DNA from: Bacteroidetes bacterium GWA2_40_15
GTDB lineage: Bacteria; Bacteroidota; Bacteroidia; Bacteroidales; VadinHA17
Direction of reading: 5' to 3'
Assembly (NCBI GenBank): GCA_001768195.1
Contig: MENI01000112.1
Location: 80,261-144,260 of the forward strand
DNA: 64,000 nt
In this document: one piece after another, positions 38,565-47,814 of the stretch
How positions within the stretch are numbered: position 1 is the stretch's first letter
How the letters are laid out: each line of letters begins with the position of its first letter
Made by a program: the position numbers and the translations under genes
Notes under the pieces: model-generated
The model's input: only the letters and a program-made list of their open reading frames with translations
What the model was told of the DNA's origin: nothing
Database searches by the model: none

Positions 38565-39752
38565 CTACTTCAATCGTTGCAAGTGTTCAAATGAAAAATC
38601 ACCTGTTTCAATCATTTTAAGAGTTTGTTCTATTGTCGGCCTGTCACCCCAGAATGTTCCCCTGTAGCTGAACCGCACAATACCTTCTTTGTCAATAATA
38701 ACTGTTGTCGGTCTATTTATGTATTCTGAATGAACAGCAAAGGCGAGGGGATCAGCTCCGTACATTGCTCCAATAGCTCCTGCACGGTCGAGGAGGTGAG
38801 GCCACCATATTTTCTCAGTATATGCTTTGTGAAAAGACTTTTTTGCAAACCAGTAGGAGGGATCAAGCTCTTTTCCAATCATTACTCTGCCCCGGTACCT
38901 GTCGTGTGCTTCAACTGTAAAAACCTGTACGCCCTCTTTTTCAAATTCACTCTGTATCTCCATCAGATCCTGAAATTCACCATGGCAAACAGGACACCAG
39001 TCGGCGAAAACCCAGATCAGAACTACCCACTTTTCATTTCGGAACTGACCTAATTTCCATTCTTTTCCTTCCGTATCTTCCAACTGAAAATCGGGAGCTA
39101 TGTTTCCTGTATGAACAGAATTAAAAGTCGATTCATCCAGAGAGAGAAAGGCAGAAAGCTGTTTATCCGTTGTTCCCATTTTTTTCTCAATCTGATAAAT
39201 TGCCAGCTCACACTGGTGACGTACATCTCGTGAAGGATCACTCGTTTGTTTGTTGCGAAGCAATCCGAGCGAACTCTTCGATTCAATTTGTCCGAGTGCA
39301 ATGACAGCCTGGCTGCGCACCATAGTATTTTCATCCTGCCGGACAATCTGTTCCAGACTGTTGATTGCATCGTTAGATTTTAGAATTCCAAGAGCCATGG
39401 CACAAACCTGCCTGACATACACTGAATTGTCAGCAAGGCCAATCACTATTTCCTTCATATTTTTATTTCCTGCACGCACCAAATCCCTGACAGCCAATAA
39501 GCGAACCTGCCAGTCGTCATTGTCCATATCGGCAATACCAGCCACATTTAAAGAGCGGTCTAATGTCATTGAGTTGTCTTCATTCAGGGGATTAAAATCG
39601 TGTGTTTTTACTCTTTCAAGCACATTTGGAACACTTGTATTATAAATTCTATTTTCTGTGTTGTTCTGACTAATTATGAGTGAAATCATACTGAAAAGTA
39701 TTAAAAGTACAAGCAATATTCTGAATGATCCTGAATTGGTTGATTTAATCAT
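38565..39752 (-). CDS. exported HEAT-repeat protein fused to an AhpC/TSA-type redoxin domain
   Basis: 395 aa with a signal/anchor. Four HEAT-like repeats (DWQVRLLAVRDL, SVYVRQVCAMALG, NTMVRSQAVIALG, SRDVRHQCELAI), then a thioredoxin fold with WCPVCHGEF. Confidence 0.75.
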   Translation of the reverse strand: MIKSTNSGSFRILLVLLILFSMISLIISQNNTENRIYNTSVPNVLERVKTHDFNPLNEDNSMTLDRSLNVAGIADMDNDDWQVRLLAVRDLVRAGNKNMKEIVIGLADNSVYVRQVCAMALGILKSNDAINSLEQIVRQDENTMVRSQAVIALGQIESKSSLGLLRNKQTSDPSRDVRHQCELAIYQIEKKMGTTDKQLSAFLSLDESTFNSVHTGNIAPDFQLEDTEGKEWKLGQFRNEKWVVLIWVFADWCPVCHGEFQDLMEIQSEFEKEGVQVFTVEAHDRYRGRVMIGKELDPSYWFAKKSFHKAYTEKIWWPHLLDRAGAIGAMYGADPLAFAVHSEYINRPTTVIIDKEGIVRFSYRGTFWGDRPTIEQTLKMIETGDFSFEHLQRLK

Positions 39753-39820
39753 TAGATGTGATATTAAGTTAAAAATGTAGAATATTATTCAAACCGGCAA
39801 CAAGCACCCTGCACCCGTCG

Positions 39821-40402
39821 TTACTTCAACAGTTTACTTAGTTTGGTATCTAATGCTGAACCGCGCAGGTTCTTTGCCAAAATTATTCCATTACCATCAA
39901 TAAGGAAGTTTGATGGAATGGCTTCAACTTCATAAAGTCTTGCGGCATCAGATCTCCAACCTTTAAGATCGCTTACATGACTTTCCCAGGATAGCTTATC
40001 TGATTTAATGGCACCAATCCAGCCATTTTTATCCTGGTCGAGCGAAACACTGTAAACCGTAAATCCTTTTCCACTCTTAAATGCAGCATCCTTAAAATGC
40101 TCGTATGATTTTACAAGGTTTGGATTCTCCATACGGCAGGGGGGGCACCATGACGCCCAGAAGTCAATTAACACAATCTTCCCCTTTAAGGATGAAAGCT
40201 TAACTGTCTTTCCTTCAGGAGTGTTGTATTCCATCTCAGGTGCTTTGTTGCCAATATTCAGCCCCACTGACACTTCGGTGTTAACAGGAGAAGTCTCTTC
40301 TATTATTCCCGATTCATTTCGGGGAGCGCTGTTTGCAGCGTAGAATACAGCAAAGGAGAATAATGCCGCAACACTTATTAAAGATAATTTTTTAAAATTC
40401 AT
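39821..40402 (-). CDS. TlpA/ResA-family thiol:disulfide oxidoreductase
   Basis: 193 aa with a signal peptide. FWASWCPPCRMENP. Confidence 0.85.
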   Translation of the reverse strand: MNFKKLSLISVAALFSFAVFYAANSAPRNESGIIEETSPVNTEVSVGLNIGNKAPEMEYNTPEGKTVKLSSLKGKIVLIDFWASWCPPCRMENPNLVKSYEHFKDAAFKSGKGFTVYSVSLDQDKNGWIGAIKSDKLSWESHVSDLKGWRSDAARLYEVEAIPSNFLIDGNGIILAKNLRGSALDTKLSKLLK

Positions 40403-40423
40403 GACTTTTCAATATTATATGAT

Positions 40424-40885
40424 TTAATTATAACTTTTATAATCATCAGCATAGAGAAATCTATACATATATGGATAGATTTCGCAGGCTACGCAGAATC
40501 CGAATGCACCTTCAAGGAATGAAAACAGCCCAAGTATTCCGGCAATAACTAATGAAACTGAGCTGAATGGTATCATAATCGATAATATTATCAAACCGGA
40601 AAGGATCAATCCTATTCGTGCTGCAAGGACCTTGGGAGCGGCATTAATAAAATGATCTTTTACGTGTAACCACTTAACCATGTTCTGTGATGATATTGCA
40701 ATCAGACTGTATTTTGAAAATCCGACTGACCTTAAAAAAAAGTCAATAACCAGAAATACAATTGCATAAATATTGTGAGTGACAATAAAACCAAGCAAGA
40801 GCAACACTGTTATAATTGCATTTACACGGGCAACATGTTCATTTACTTTTTTGTCAGATATGGGACATAATGCATACGTTTTCAT
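40424..40885 (-). CDS. DUF4395-like small membrane protein
   Basis: 153 aa. N-terminal CPISDKKVNEHVARVNA followed by about 4 TM helices and a C-terminal CVACE. The family name is from memory. Confidence 0.5.
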   Translation of the reverse strand: MKTYALCPISDKKVNEHVARVNAIITVLLLLGFIVTHNIYAIVFLVIDFFLRSVGFSKYSLIAISSQNMVKWLHVKDHFINAAPKVLAARIGLILSGLIILSIMIPFSSVSLVIAGILGLFSFLEGAFGFCVACEIYPYMYRFLYADDYKSYN

Positions 40886-40946
40886 AGGGCATAAGTTTTT
40901 ATCTTATAGTCGCTACTCCTTAATAATCCTGACAATTTTTTATAGA

Positions 40947-41546
40947 TTATTTAAGATTCTCAAGCACTGCCAGAAGTAATTTTGCACTTATCCTTACTTT
41001 ATAGTCGGGGTTTATATATTCAAAAGCAATAACACCATCAGGATTCACCACAAACACAGAAGGTACCGGAAGAAATCCTGTGTTTTGTCCGGCAGAATAC
41101 TCGGAAAGCATCCCGAGAGACCTTTCAGAAGCTTTGAATGCAATTCCCATTGCCTGCGCCACTGCACCGTTTCCATCAGAGTAGAGGCCATACTTAAGTT
41201 TGTTTTTCTCGCCGGAGGCAATAAGTTTTGGAGGAGCATCAGGACTGATTGCGATTAACTGGTATCCCAACTCGAGTATCTTATCCTGAATAGTCTCAAT
41301 TTCAGCTAAATGCTTGTTGCAGAATGGACACCATCCGCCACGGTAAAACAGGAGAATTGAAGGTTTACCGCCGGTAATAGTTGCAAGGGTTTCCTGTTTA
41401 CCTGCTGTTGATAAAAGTGTAATATCGGGAATTTTTTCTCCGATCAGAAGAGGCGATATATCTTCCGCCTTATCAGCGATCTGTGCGAATGAATTTAATC
41501 CGCTGATAATTGTAAAAATCCATGCTAATAATGATAATTTTTTCAT
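40947..41546 (-). CDS. exported peroxiredoxin-like redoxin (AhpC/TSA family)
   Basis: 199 aa with a signal peptide. LFYRGGWCPFCNKHL. Confidence 0.8.
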   Translation of the reverse strand: MKKLSLLAWIFTIISGLNSFAQIADKAEDISPLLIGEKIPDITLLSTAGKQETLATITGGKPSILLFYRGGWCPFCNKHLAEIETIQDKILELGYQLIAISPDAPPKLIASGEKNKLKYGLYSDGNGAVAQAMGIAFKASERSLGMLSEYSAGQNTGFLPVPSVFVVNPDGVIAFEYINPDYKVRISAKLLLAVLENLK

Positions 41547-41582
41547 CCTGATTAATTTTTAAATTTATACTATATTATAACA

Positions 41583-41594
41583 AAGCATATGCTT
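41583..41594. promoter_or_regulatory. perfect 12-bp palindrome AAGCATATGCTT, candidate TetR operator upstream of the peroxiredoxin-like gene
   Basis: Self-complementary by inspection. It lies 37-48 nt upstream of the start at 41546 and has a sibling palindrome at 42215-42226. Confidence 0.4.
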
Positions 41595-41612
41595 AGATAT
41601 ATTGCAAAAAAA

Positions 41613-42191
41613 TTATTTAAAAACTGATAATGAAACCTTAATAATGTCACGGATCTGATTACCAGGAAGTACTTTTGCACCCACTGATAATCCTTGCATA
41701 ACACCAAGAAGAAAGTTAGAGTACACATCAATATCAGTATCAGCTGAAATATCACCGGCTTCAATAGAATTCGACAATACTGTTTTAAGCATCCCTTTAA
41801 TAAACATATAATAGTTATTCAGTTCAACTGAAACTACATCATCTGCCGGATTGATTTCACCGGTACTGTTTACAACCAGGCACCCCTTGTATTTTTTACC
41901 TGTTTTCTTATGCTCCGTGAACCGGTTCAGAAAAAGTTCAAGATCCTTAAGCCTGGCTCCGGGTTTTAAAAGATCTGCATAAACATTTTTATTTACATAC
42001 TCTCTGTACTTTTTTAATGATTCAATGAAAAGATTGTGTTTATTTGAAAAACTTGAGTAAATCGAAAACTGGTTTATCCCCATCTCCTTTTCCAACATCC
42101 GAACAGACGTATTCTCATAACCATTATTCCAGAACACATGCATTGCTTTCTCAAGAACTTCATCACTATTATATAATTTATGACGGGACAT
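41613..42191 (-). CDS. TetR/AcrR-family transcriptional regulator
   Basis: 192 aa. N-terminal HTH region VLEKAMHVFWNNGYENTSVRMLEKEMGINQFSIYSSF. Confidence 0.85.
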   Translation of the reverse strand: MSRHKLYNSDEVLEKAMHVFWNNGYENTSVRMLEKEMGINQFSIYSSFSNKHNLFIESLKKYREYVNKNVYADLLKPGARLKDLELFLNRFTEHKKTGKKYKGCLVVNSTGEINPADDVVSVELNNYYMFIKGMLKTVLSNSIEAGDISADTDIDVYSNFLLGVMQGLSVGAKVLPGNQIRDIIKVSLSVFK

Positions 42192-42214
42192 ATAATTAAT
42201 TTTACTACAAAACT

Positions 42215-42226
42215 AAGCAATTGCTT
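42215..42226. promoter_or_regulatory. perfect 12-bp palindrome AAGCAATTGCTT, candidate autoregulatory TetR operator
   Basis: Self-complementary. It lies 24-35 nt upstream of the tetR start at 42191 and shares the AAGCA/TGCTT half-sites with 41583-41594. Confidence 0.45.
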
Positions 42227-42280
42227 TGATATTTCCAAAGAATTCTGAAATCAATAAGGTAATCCAACTTTTCGCTGGGT

Positions 42281-42817
42281 TTAAGGATTAATAGTTTCCA
42301 TTGCTAAATTCCCTGTACCAGGTTCTTTGCCATGAAGTTCCACTCTTGAAACGGTGGGAAGCCAGAAACTTCCGCCATTTATCTCTATAAATATCCTTGA
42401 GACCTCAACCTCTTTTTCACCTGAGATAGTAAACACCTTATAGCAATTTTCCACATTTTTCTTAAGGATAAAAGTGCGTTTATCGTATGAAACAAACTGA
42501 AAGTATATTTCATCTTCCTTTTTGAGCTCATTAAGGAATTTTATTCCATATGCATATTTCTTCTGTATCCAGGTTAAAGGTTCAACCTTGTTATTATTGG
42601 TCCTTTTTATCCAGTGAATCTCAATGGGATCTGATTTGTCAGGGTGCCCTGGCTGGTCAAAGTTGATGGAATAAATGATCTCATTGGCATCCCGGCTTCG
42701 TCCAATTTTAAATAAATCGTATTCCCAGTTATTGTATGAATTCTCCGAATTTATAAATCCGTATGAAACTGGTGCTGTAAATATCAACAGCATTATTCTG
42801 ATTAAAAATGGTTTCAT
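42281..42817 (-). CDS. hypothetical exported protein (DUF4833-like by recollection)
   Basis: 178 aa with a signal peptide. LFKIGRSRDANEIIYSIN ... IHWIKRT. Confidence 0.4.
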   Translation of the reverse strand: MKPFLIRIMLLIFTAPVSYGFINSENSYNNWEYDLFKIGRSRDANEIIYSINFDQPGHPDKSDPIEIHWIKRTNNNKVEPLTWIQKKYAYGIKFLNELKKEDEIYFQFVSYDKRTFILKKNVENCYKVFTISGEKEVEVSRIFIEINGGSFWLPTVSRVELHGKEPGTGNLAMETINP

Positions 42818-42880
42818 TTTAGTGACTTCTTACTTGAATACTGGAAACATTATCTAAAAAGGGAATATATCTAAAGCTGA

Positions 42881-43447
42881 TTATTCAGGCTTATATTCAG
42901 CAATCATAGTAATTTCGACAGTTTTTGCAATATTGGTTGAAGGTTTTCCTTTGACAAATGTGATTCCATAATCGGCCAGAGCAACGTTGAACTTACTTTG
43001 AACCTCTACTACACTACCTTTTACCTCAACAGTACCATTTTCCTTAACTGGCTTAGTTAATTCCTTAATAGTCAACTCACCCTCGAATGTGGCATTATAT
43101 GTACCATCTTTTGAAAAATCGATCTTATCAAGGTTTGTAATTTTCCCTTTTAACTTAGCTTTTGGGAACGTCTGTGTATTAAGGAAATCCTCTCCGTTAA
43201 AGTGTTTTTGCATTAATGCTTTTTCAAATTCAAAACCCTGCATAGGTACTGAAAATACCACTTCTCCGGTTTCTTTGTTGATAGTGCTTACAGAGGTGGT
43301 ATTGGTTGCCTGAATATCTTCAGCGGGAGTTGATGAGAAAAACTTAATCTGTGTTTTAGAACTTACAAGCTTTCCCGATGTTTGAGCATTTACTGTAATT
43401 GCTGCAACCGCTAATATGATTGCTGTTAAAAATGATAACTTCTTCAT
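42881..43447 (-). CDS. YceI-family periplasmic protein
   Basis: 188 aa. Signal peptide and YceI-like beta-barrel pattern (SKTQIKFFSSTPAEDIQATN ... GELTIKELTKPV). Confidence 0.7.
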   Translation of the reverse strand: MKKLSFLTAIILAVAAITVNAQTSGKLVSSKTQIKFFSSTPAEDIQATNTTSVSTINKETGEVVFSVPMQGFEFEKALMQKHFNGEDFLNTQTFPKAKLKGKITNLDKIDFSKDGTYNATFEGELTIKELTKPVKENGTVEVKGSVVEVQSKFNVALADYGITFVKGKPSTNIAKTVEITMIAEYKPE

Positions 43448-43512
43448 GATTTCAATTTTTAAATTATAATTATTTGTTTTTACTTATTTTCTATTATTTC
43501 CATTTTTTTCTT

Positions 43513-43540
43513 CGGTCTTCTGACTTCGGTCTTCTGACTT
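43513..43540. repeat. 2 x 14-nt (4 x 7-nt) tandem repeat cggtctt ctgactt, ending exactly at a stop codon
   Basis: cggtcttctgactt cggtcttctgactt. The next base (43541) is the first base of the TTA that is the stop complement of the OB-fold gene. Confidence 0.85.
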
Positions 43541-44017
43541 TTACTTTTTAACTACATCGCACTTTTCGAGTATTACATTTTCGTAAAGCTCCAGGTCACT
43601 GTCAAAAGATGCCCCTGATCGTATTACTCCTTTAATTGAAACAGTACTTCCTATTTGAAGATCATCTGCATTGTGACTGGTCTCTTTGGTGAATGCTGCA
43701 CTGACACCGGCTTTGGCATCGGATTCTTTAAGCAGGATAACTTTTTGTCCATTGAAATCATCCGATATTTTGCTGATAACGCCAGTTATTATAAGGATCT
43801 TAGAGTTGCCATCACCTGAAAGGTATTTTTTATTGGCAGCATCTTTTCCAGTCAGATATTCGGCTACAATCTGGGACCCTGTTAAAGTATAATCAACTTT
43901 TGCAGTCTGTACATTCCTGTGAGGTATATTGAACATATATATTCCGATACTTCCTCCGATAACTACACCTGCAATAATCAATATTGCTGCAATCTTTAAA
44001 ATCTTTTTCTTTTTCAT
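43541..44017 (-). CDS. membrane-anchored OB-fold (tRNA_anti-like) protein
   Basis: 158 aa. One N-terminal TM helix, then ILIITGVISKISDDFNGQKVILL, typical of this Bacteroidota family. Recollection only. Confidence 0.5.
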   Translation of the reverse strand: MKKKKILKIAAILIIAGVVIGGSIGIYMFNIPHRNVQTAKVDYTLTGSQIVAEYLTGKDAANKKYLSGDGNSKILIITGVISKISDDFNGQKVILLKESDAKAGVSAAFTKETSHNADDLQIGSTVSIKGVIRSGASFDSDLELYENVILEKCDVVKK

Positions 44018-44086
44018 AATTTGTTGGATAAATTTCTCTTATAGTCGTGAATTTTGTATAACCTGACATTGATTTTGTCTTTATTA

Positions 44087-46027
44087 TCAAATTTTTCTGA
44101 AATTCGAAATGCCTCCATTTAGAAAATTTACGTAATCTTCTATGCTTGAATCGTAACCTTTTGGAGTTGTAAGCAATTTGCCGTCATGATCTGTCAGCAC
44201 ATAGTATGGCTGTGAATTTGTTTTAAAATGTGTAGTCTGAAAATCGCTCCATTTATTCCCAATTGTTTTTATTTTCTTTCCGGTAGTTTCAGATACATAT
44301 TGTTCACTTTCTGGCAAAGGTGTTTTGTCATCAACATATAGTGAGATCAGCACATAATTATTGTTCAGAAGTCCTAAAACGGTCTTATCGCTCCAAACAT
44401 TATCTTCCATTTTCCGGCAATTAACACAACTCCAGCCTGTAAAGTCCAGAATTACCGGTTTATTCTCTTTCCTGGCGAAAGCAATTCCTTCATCATAATT
44501 GTGAAAACAATTTAAATTATGAGGACAATGGGATTCATTATCAGATATTATTGAAGCAGAATTGCTATTTGCGTTTTCTGGTCGACTTTGCAGGTTCCAA
44601 CCTTCAGTATAAAAAGCAGGAGGAGGGAAACCGCTTATCATTTTTAAAGGAGCGCCCCACATACCAGGGATAAGATATACTACAAAGCCGAACACCAGAA
44701 TGCTTGAAAGCAATCCGGAAATGGATGTGTGTTTCTGTTCGCTGTCGTGTGGTAGTCTCAATTTTCCAAGCAAATAAAACCCAAGTAAGCTGAAAATGAC
44801 TATCCACAGGGCAATAAACACTTCCCTTGTAAGGATACCCCAATGATATGCAAGGTCAACAGATGATAAGAATTTTAATGCAAGGGCAAGTTCAACAAAA
44901 CCCAAAACAACTTTTACTGAATTTAACCAGCCACCCGATTTTGGAAGTGAATTCAACCAACCCGGGAATGCTGCAAAGAGTGCAAAGGGCAATGCAAGCG
45001 CAAGAGCAAATCCAAACATGCCAATAGCCGGCCCGGTTACATCACCGTTTACAGCTGCCTGCACTAGCAGGCTCCCTATTATAGGTCCTGTACATGAAAA
45101 GGAGACTAAAGAAAGGGTAAAAGCCATAAAGAAAATTCCAATTAATCCACCCCGGTCCGATGCACGGTCGGGGGCATTTAGCCACTTACCTGGAAGGGTA
45201 ATTTCAAAAGCGCCGAAAAAGGAAACTGCAAATACCACAAAAATGAAGAAAAATGCCAGGTTCATAATTCCATTGCTGGCCAGTGCATTTAAAGCATCAG
45301 GACCAAGAGTAAGTGTAATCACTAAACCAAGAGCGACATAGATAACAATTATAGAAATGGCATAGATCAATGCATTACGGATGCCTATTGCCTTGGTTTT
45401 ACTTTGTTTGGTAAAATAGCTTACAGTTAAAGGTAACATTGGAAAGACACAAGGAGTGAGTAATGCCAGCAAACCTCCGATGAAACCTGCTAAGAATATT
45501 GCCCATCCTGTCAGAATATTTCCGGAAGGGATAAAATCCTGTTTCAGGGAACCAATCTTCTCTTTCCCCGAAGCAGCCATTACATCAACGCTGAATTCTT
45601 TTGTTTCCGGAGGCAGACACATTTCTTCACTGCAAGCCATATAAGTAATCTCAAAATTCAATTTGAATTTTTCATTTCCGCGAATTGCTATTTTTTGCCT
45701 GAACGAAGCGTTTTTTTCGAAATATGAAACGATCATATTGTCGTATGCCGCTTCTCTCTTCTGTATAGGTTGTTCTTCCTTTACAGACCCGGCAATTTCG
45801 AATGAATTGTTTGGGAGGAATTTAAATGAAGTGGCTTTCGGCCCGTTTTTGATATTTTGAGTCTGACTGTATATATGCCAGTTTTCTTCGATACTTGCTC
45901 TTATAGTGATTAGGGCATTATCGGGTGAAAGTGCGGTTACTGTAGTATTCCATTTCACCGGGTCGTGAACCTGGGAGAAGGTGTAAACAGAAACCAGCAA
46001 AGCGATTGATGTGATGAGAGCTTTCAT
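44087..46027 (-). CDS. dsbD: DsbD-family protein-disulfide reductase (N-domain + CcdA-like TMD + C-terminal thioredoxin)
   Basis: 646 aa. LLALLTPCVFPMLPLTV and a second Cys-containing helix SFSCTGPIIG. C-terminal thioredoxin domain with DFTGWSCVNCRKME. Confidence 0.85.
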   Translation of the reverse strand: MKALITSIALLVSVYTFSQVHDPVKWNTTVTALSPDNALITIRASIEENWHIYSQTQNIKNGPKATSFKFLPNNSFEIAGSVKEEQPIQKREAAYDNMIVSYFEKNASFRQKIAIRGNEKFKLNFEITYMACSEEMCLPPETKEFSVDVMAASGKEKIGSLKQDFIPSGNILTGWAIFLAGFIGGLLALLTPCVFPMLPLTVSYFTKQSKTKAIGIRNALIYAISIIVIYVALGLVITLTLGPDALNALASNGIMNLAFFFIFVVFAVSFFGAFEITLPGKWLNAPDRASDRGGLIGIFFMAFTLSLVSFSCTGPIIGSLLVQAAVNGDVTGPAIGMFGFALALALPFALFAAFPGWLNSLPKSGGWLNSVKVVLGFVELALALKFLSSVDLAYHWGILTREVFIALWIVIFSLLGFYLLGKLRLPHDSEQKHTSISGLLSSILVFGFVVYLIPGMWGAPLKMISGFPPPAFYTEGWNLQSRPENANSNSASIISDNESHCPHNLNCFHNYDEGIAFARKENKPVILDFTGWSCVNCRKMEDNVWSDKTVLGLLNNNYVLISLYVDDKTPLPESEQYVSETTGKKIKTIGNKWSDFQTTHFKTNSQPYYVLTDHDGKLLTTPKGYDSSIEDYVNFLNGGISNFRKI

Positions 46028-46051
46028 TGTAAAGTGTATTCCTGATGTTGT

Positions 46052-46369
46052 TTAAATTATATTATTCAGTCTGTTTGTAAACTCCTTTTTTGGAGCAGCA
46101 CCTTTCAGCTTGTCTACTACAACCCCGTCTTTGAAGAAAAGGATAGTGGGGATATTCATAATTCCAAATTGTGCAGCAAGAGCCTGATTGGAGTCAACAT
46201 CGACTTTGCCTACCAAAACCTTACCTGCATACTCGTTTGATAACTCTTCTACGATTGGACCAATCACTTTGCAAGGTCCGCACCATTGGGCCCAAAAATC
46301 AACTAATACAGGTTGTTTTGATTCAAGGACAACTTCCTTGAAGTTATCCACTGTTATTTCTTTTGCCAT
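46052..46369 (-). CDS. trxA: thioredoxin
   Basis: 105 aa. VLVDFWAQWCGPCK. Confidence 0.95.
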   Translation of the reverse strand: MAKEITVDNFKEVVLESKQPVLVDFWAQWCGPCKVIGPIVEELSNEYAGKVLVGKVDVDSNQALAAQFGIMNIPTILFFKDGVVVDKLKGAAPKKEFTNRLNNII

Positions 46370-46386
46370 AATTTTTTTGATTTTAA

Positions 46387-46414
46387 AAAGGCGAAACTTT
46401 TTGGTTTCGCCTTT
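46387..46414 (-). terminator. hairpin, probable terminator inside the redox island
   Basis: aaaggcgaaac (46387-46397) / loop tttttg / gtttcgccttt (46404-46414). On the minus strand the stem runs into a short U tract. It lies between the Trx-like gene and trxA. Confidence 0.45.
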
Positions 46415-46426
46415 CTGGTTAAGCTT

Positions 46427-46834
46427 TTATTTTATTTCTTTCTTTGCCGTCAGCATTGCTGCAACAAGTTCAGCATCACTACTGGCTACACTTATCTGAT
46501 TTAGTAAAGTTTTGGTCTTTGGATTGTAGAAAGATACAAGACCAGTACCCTGAACTTTTCCGGCAGCCTGCTCCAGACCAACAGATTTAAGCTCCTCGGC
46601 TGATTTATCTCTCGTCTCAGTACTGGTTAAATCATTGGCTACAAACTTAATGGCACCGTCTTTATTGTTATTCATGAAGGCGGCCATTGCTCTTTCACCA
46701 TTTGCTTGACAAACCGGGCACCAGTCTGCCTTATTAACTACTGCAACTACTTTGGGCTCTGACTGAGCCATTACTGAGGCTGATACCATTAAAGCAAGTA
46801 TCATGCTTGTGAAAATTGATTTTACTGTTTTCAT
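46427..46834 (-). CDS. exported thioredoxin-like protein
   Basis: 135 aa with a signal peptide. ADWCPVCQANG. Confidence 0.55.
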   Translation of the reverse strand: MKTVKSIFTSMILALMVSASVMAQSEPKVVAVVNKADWCPVCQANGERAMAAFMNNNKDGAIKFVANDLTSTETRDKSAEELKSVGLEQAAGKVQGTGLVSFYNPKTKTLLNQISVASSDAELVAAMLTAKKEIK

Positions 46835-46984
46835 AATTTTTGTTTTTAATATTTATAATTTTTGATAACAACCAAATTGTCGCAGAACCTGGGAAACCTG
46901 ACAAATAATTTAGAATAAATTTAAATAGCACATTTCAGCATGTTGAAATGTGCTATTAATCAGCTAAATATAAATTATATGTTA

Positions 46985-47713
46985 TTATAAATTTATATTT
47001 GATTCCAATATTTCAACAAGCTTTTCTCTGGTCAGGAGTCCACTGTGGCTGTAAATTATTTCGCCGTTTTTATACAATACAAAATATGGCACCCCTGAAA
47101 TTTTCTGCTCTTTTACAAGTTTGCTGCTGGCATCGGCATTTACTTTTATTATATTAATCTTGTTTTTATACTCAGTTTGAAGTAATTCAATAACAGGCAT
47201 CATCTGGCGACAGGGGCCACACCAGGGTGCATAATAGTCAACAAATGTGAGCGAATGGGTATGAATGAAAGCAAAAAATTCATCCGGTTCCATTTTGTTT
47301 TCGGTGTCTGGCCGGGCATTAGGTTCAACAACGACCGGTAGAGAATTAAGATTCCAGGCCATTATACCATGTTCCAGATTATACACCTCCTTGTATCCGT
47401 TCTGAGCAAGAATCTCTGCAGCTCTCTGACTGCGATAACCTGTATTGCAGTATAAATATACCGGTTGGTTTTTTGGCAGCATGAGCAATCGCTTCTTAAA
47501 ATCAGATGCGTAATAGTTTAACTGACCGGCATTTTCAATATGTCCGTTTGTAAATTCTGAGGGAGTTCTCACGTCGAGTAAACTTCCTTTGTCTCTGAGT
47601 ACAATATCACGGAACTCTGAAGGATCAAGTTGTTTAATGTAAGGTGATTGTGCCTGGCTGAATATTAAAAACATAGCTAACATTGTAAATAGAGGTAATC
47701 TGTTCATAATCAT
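46985..47713 (-). CDS. exported rhodanese-thioredoxin fusion protein
   Basis: 242 aa. Rhodanese active-site loop YCNTGYRSQRAAE, then YYAPWCGPCRQM. Confidence 0.8.
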   Translation of the reverse strand: MIMNRLPLFTMLAMFLIFSQAQSPYIKQLDPSEFRDIVLRDKGSLLDVRTPSEFTNGHIENAGQLNYYASDFKKRLLMLPKNQPVYLYCNTGYRSQRAAEILAQNGYKEVYNLEHGIMAWNLNSLPVVVEPNARPDTENKMEPDEFFAFIHTHSLTFVDYYAPWCGPCRQMMPVIELLQTEYKNKINIIKVNADASSKLVKEQKISGVPYFVLYKNGEIIYSHSGLLTREKLVEILESNINL

Positions 47714-47814
47714 ACTTTTTCATATTATGAACAAATAGTCGGGCAAAACTAAAAAACCTGACAGATCTCAGGAGTCTTATTTCTGATAAGAAATCAGGAG
47801 GTGGCGATTTTCAA

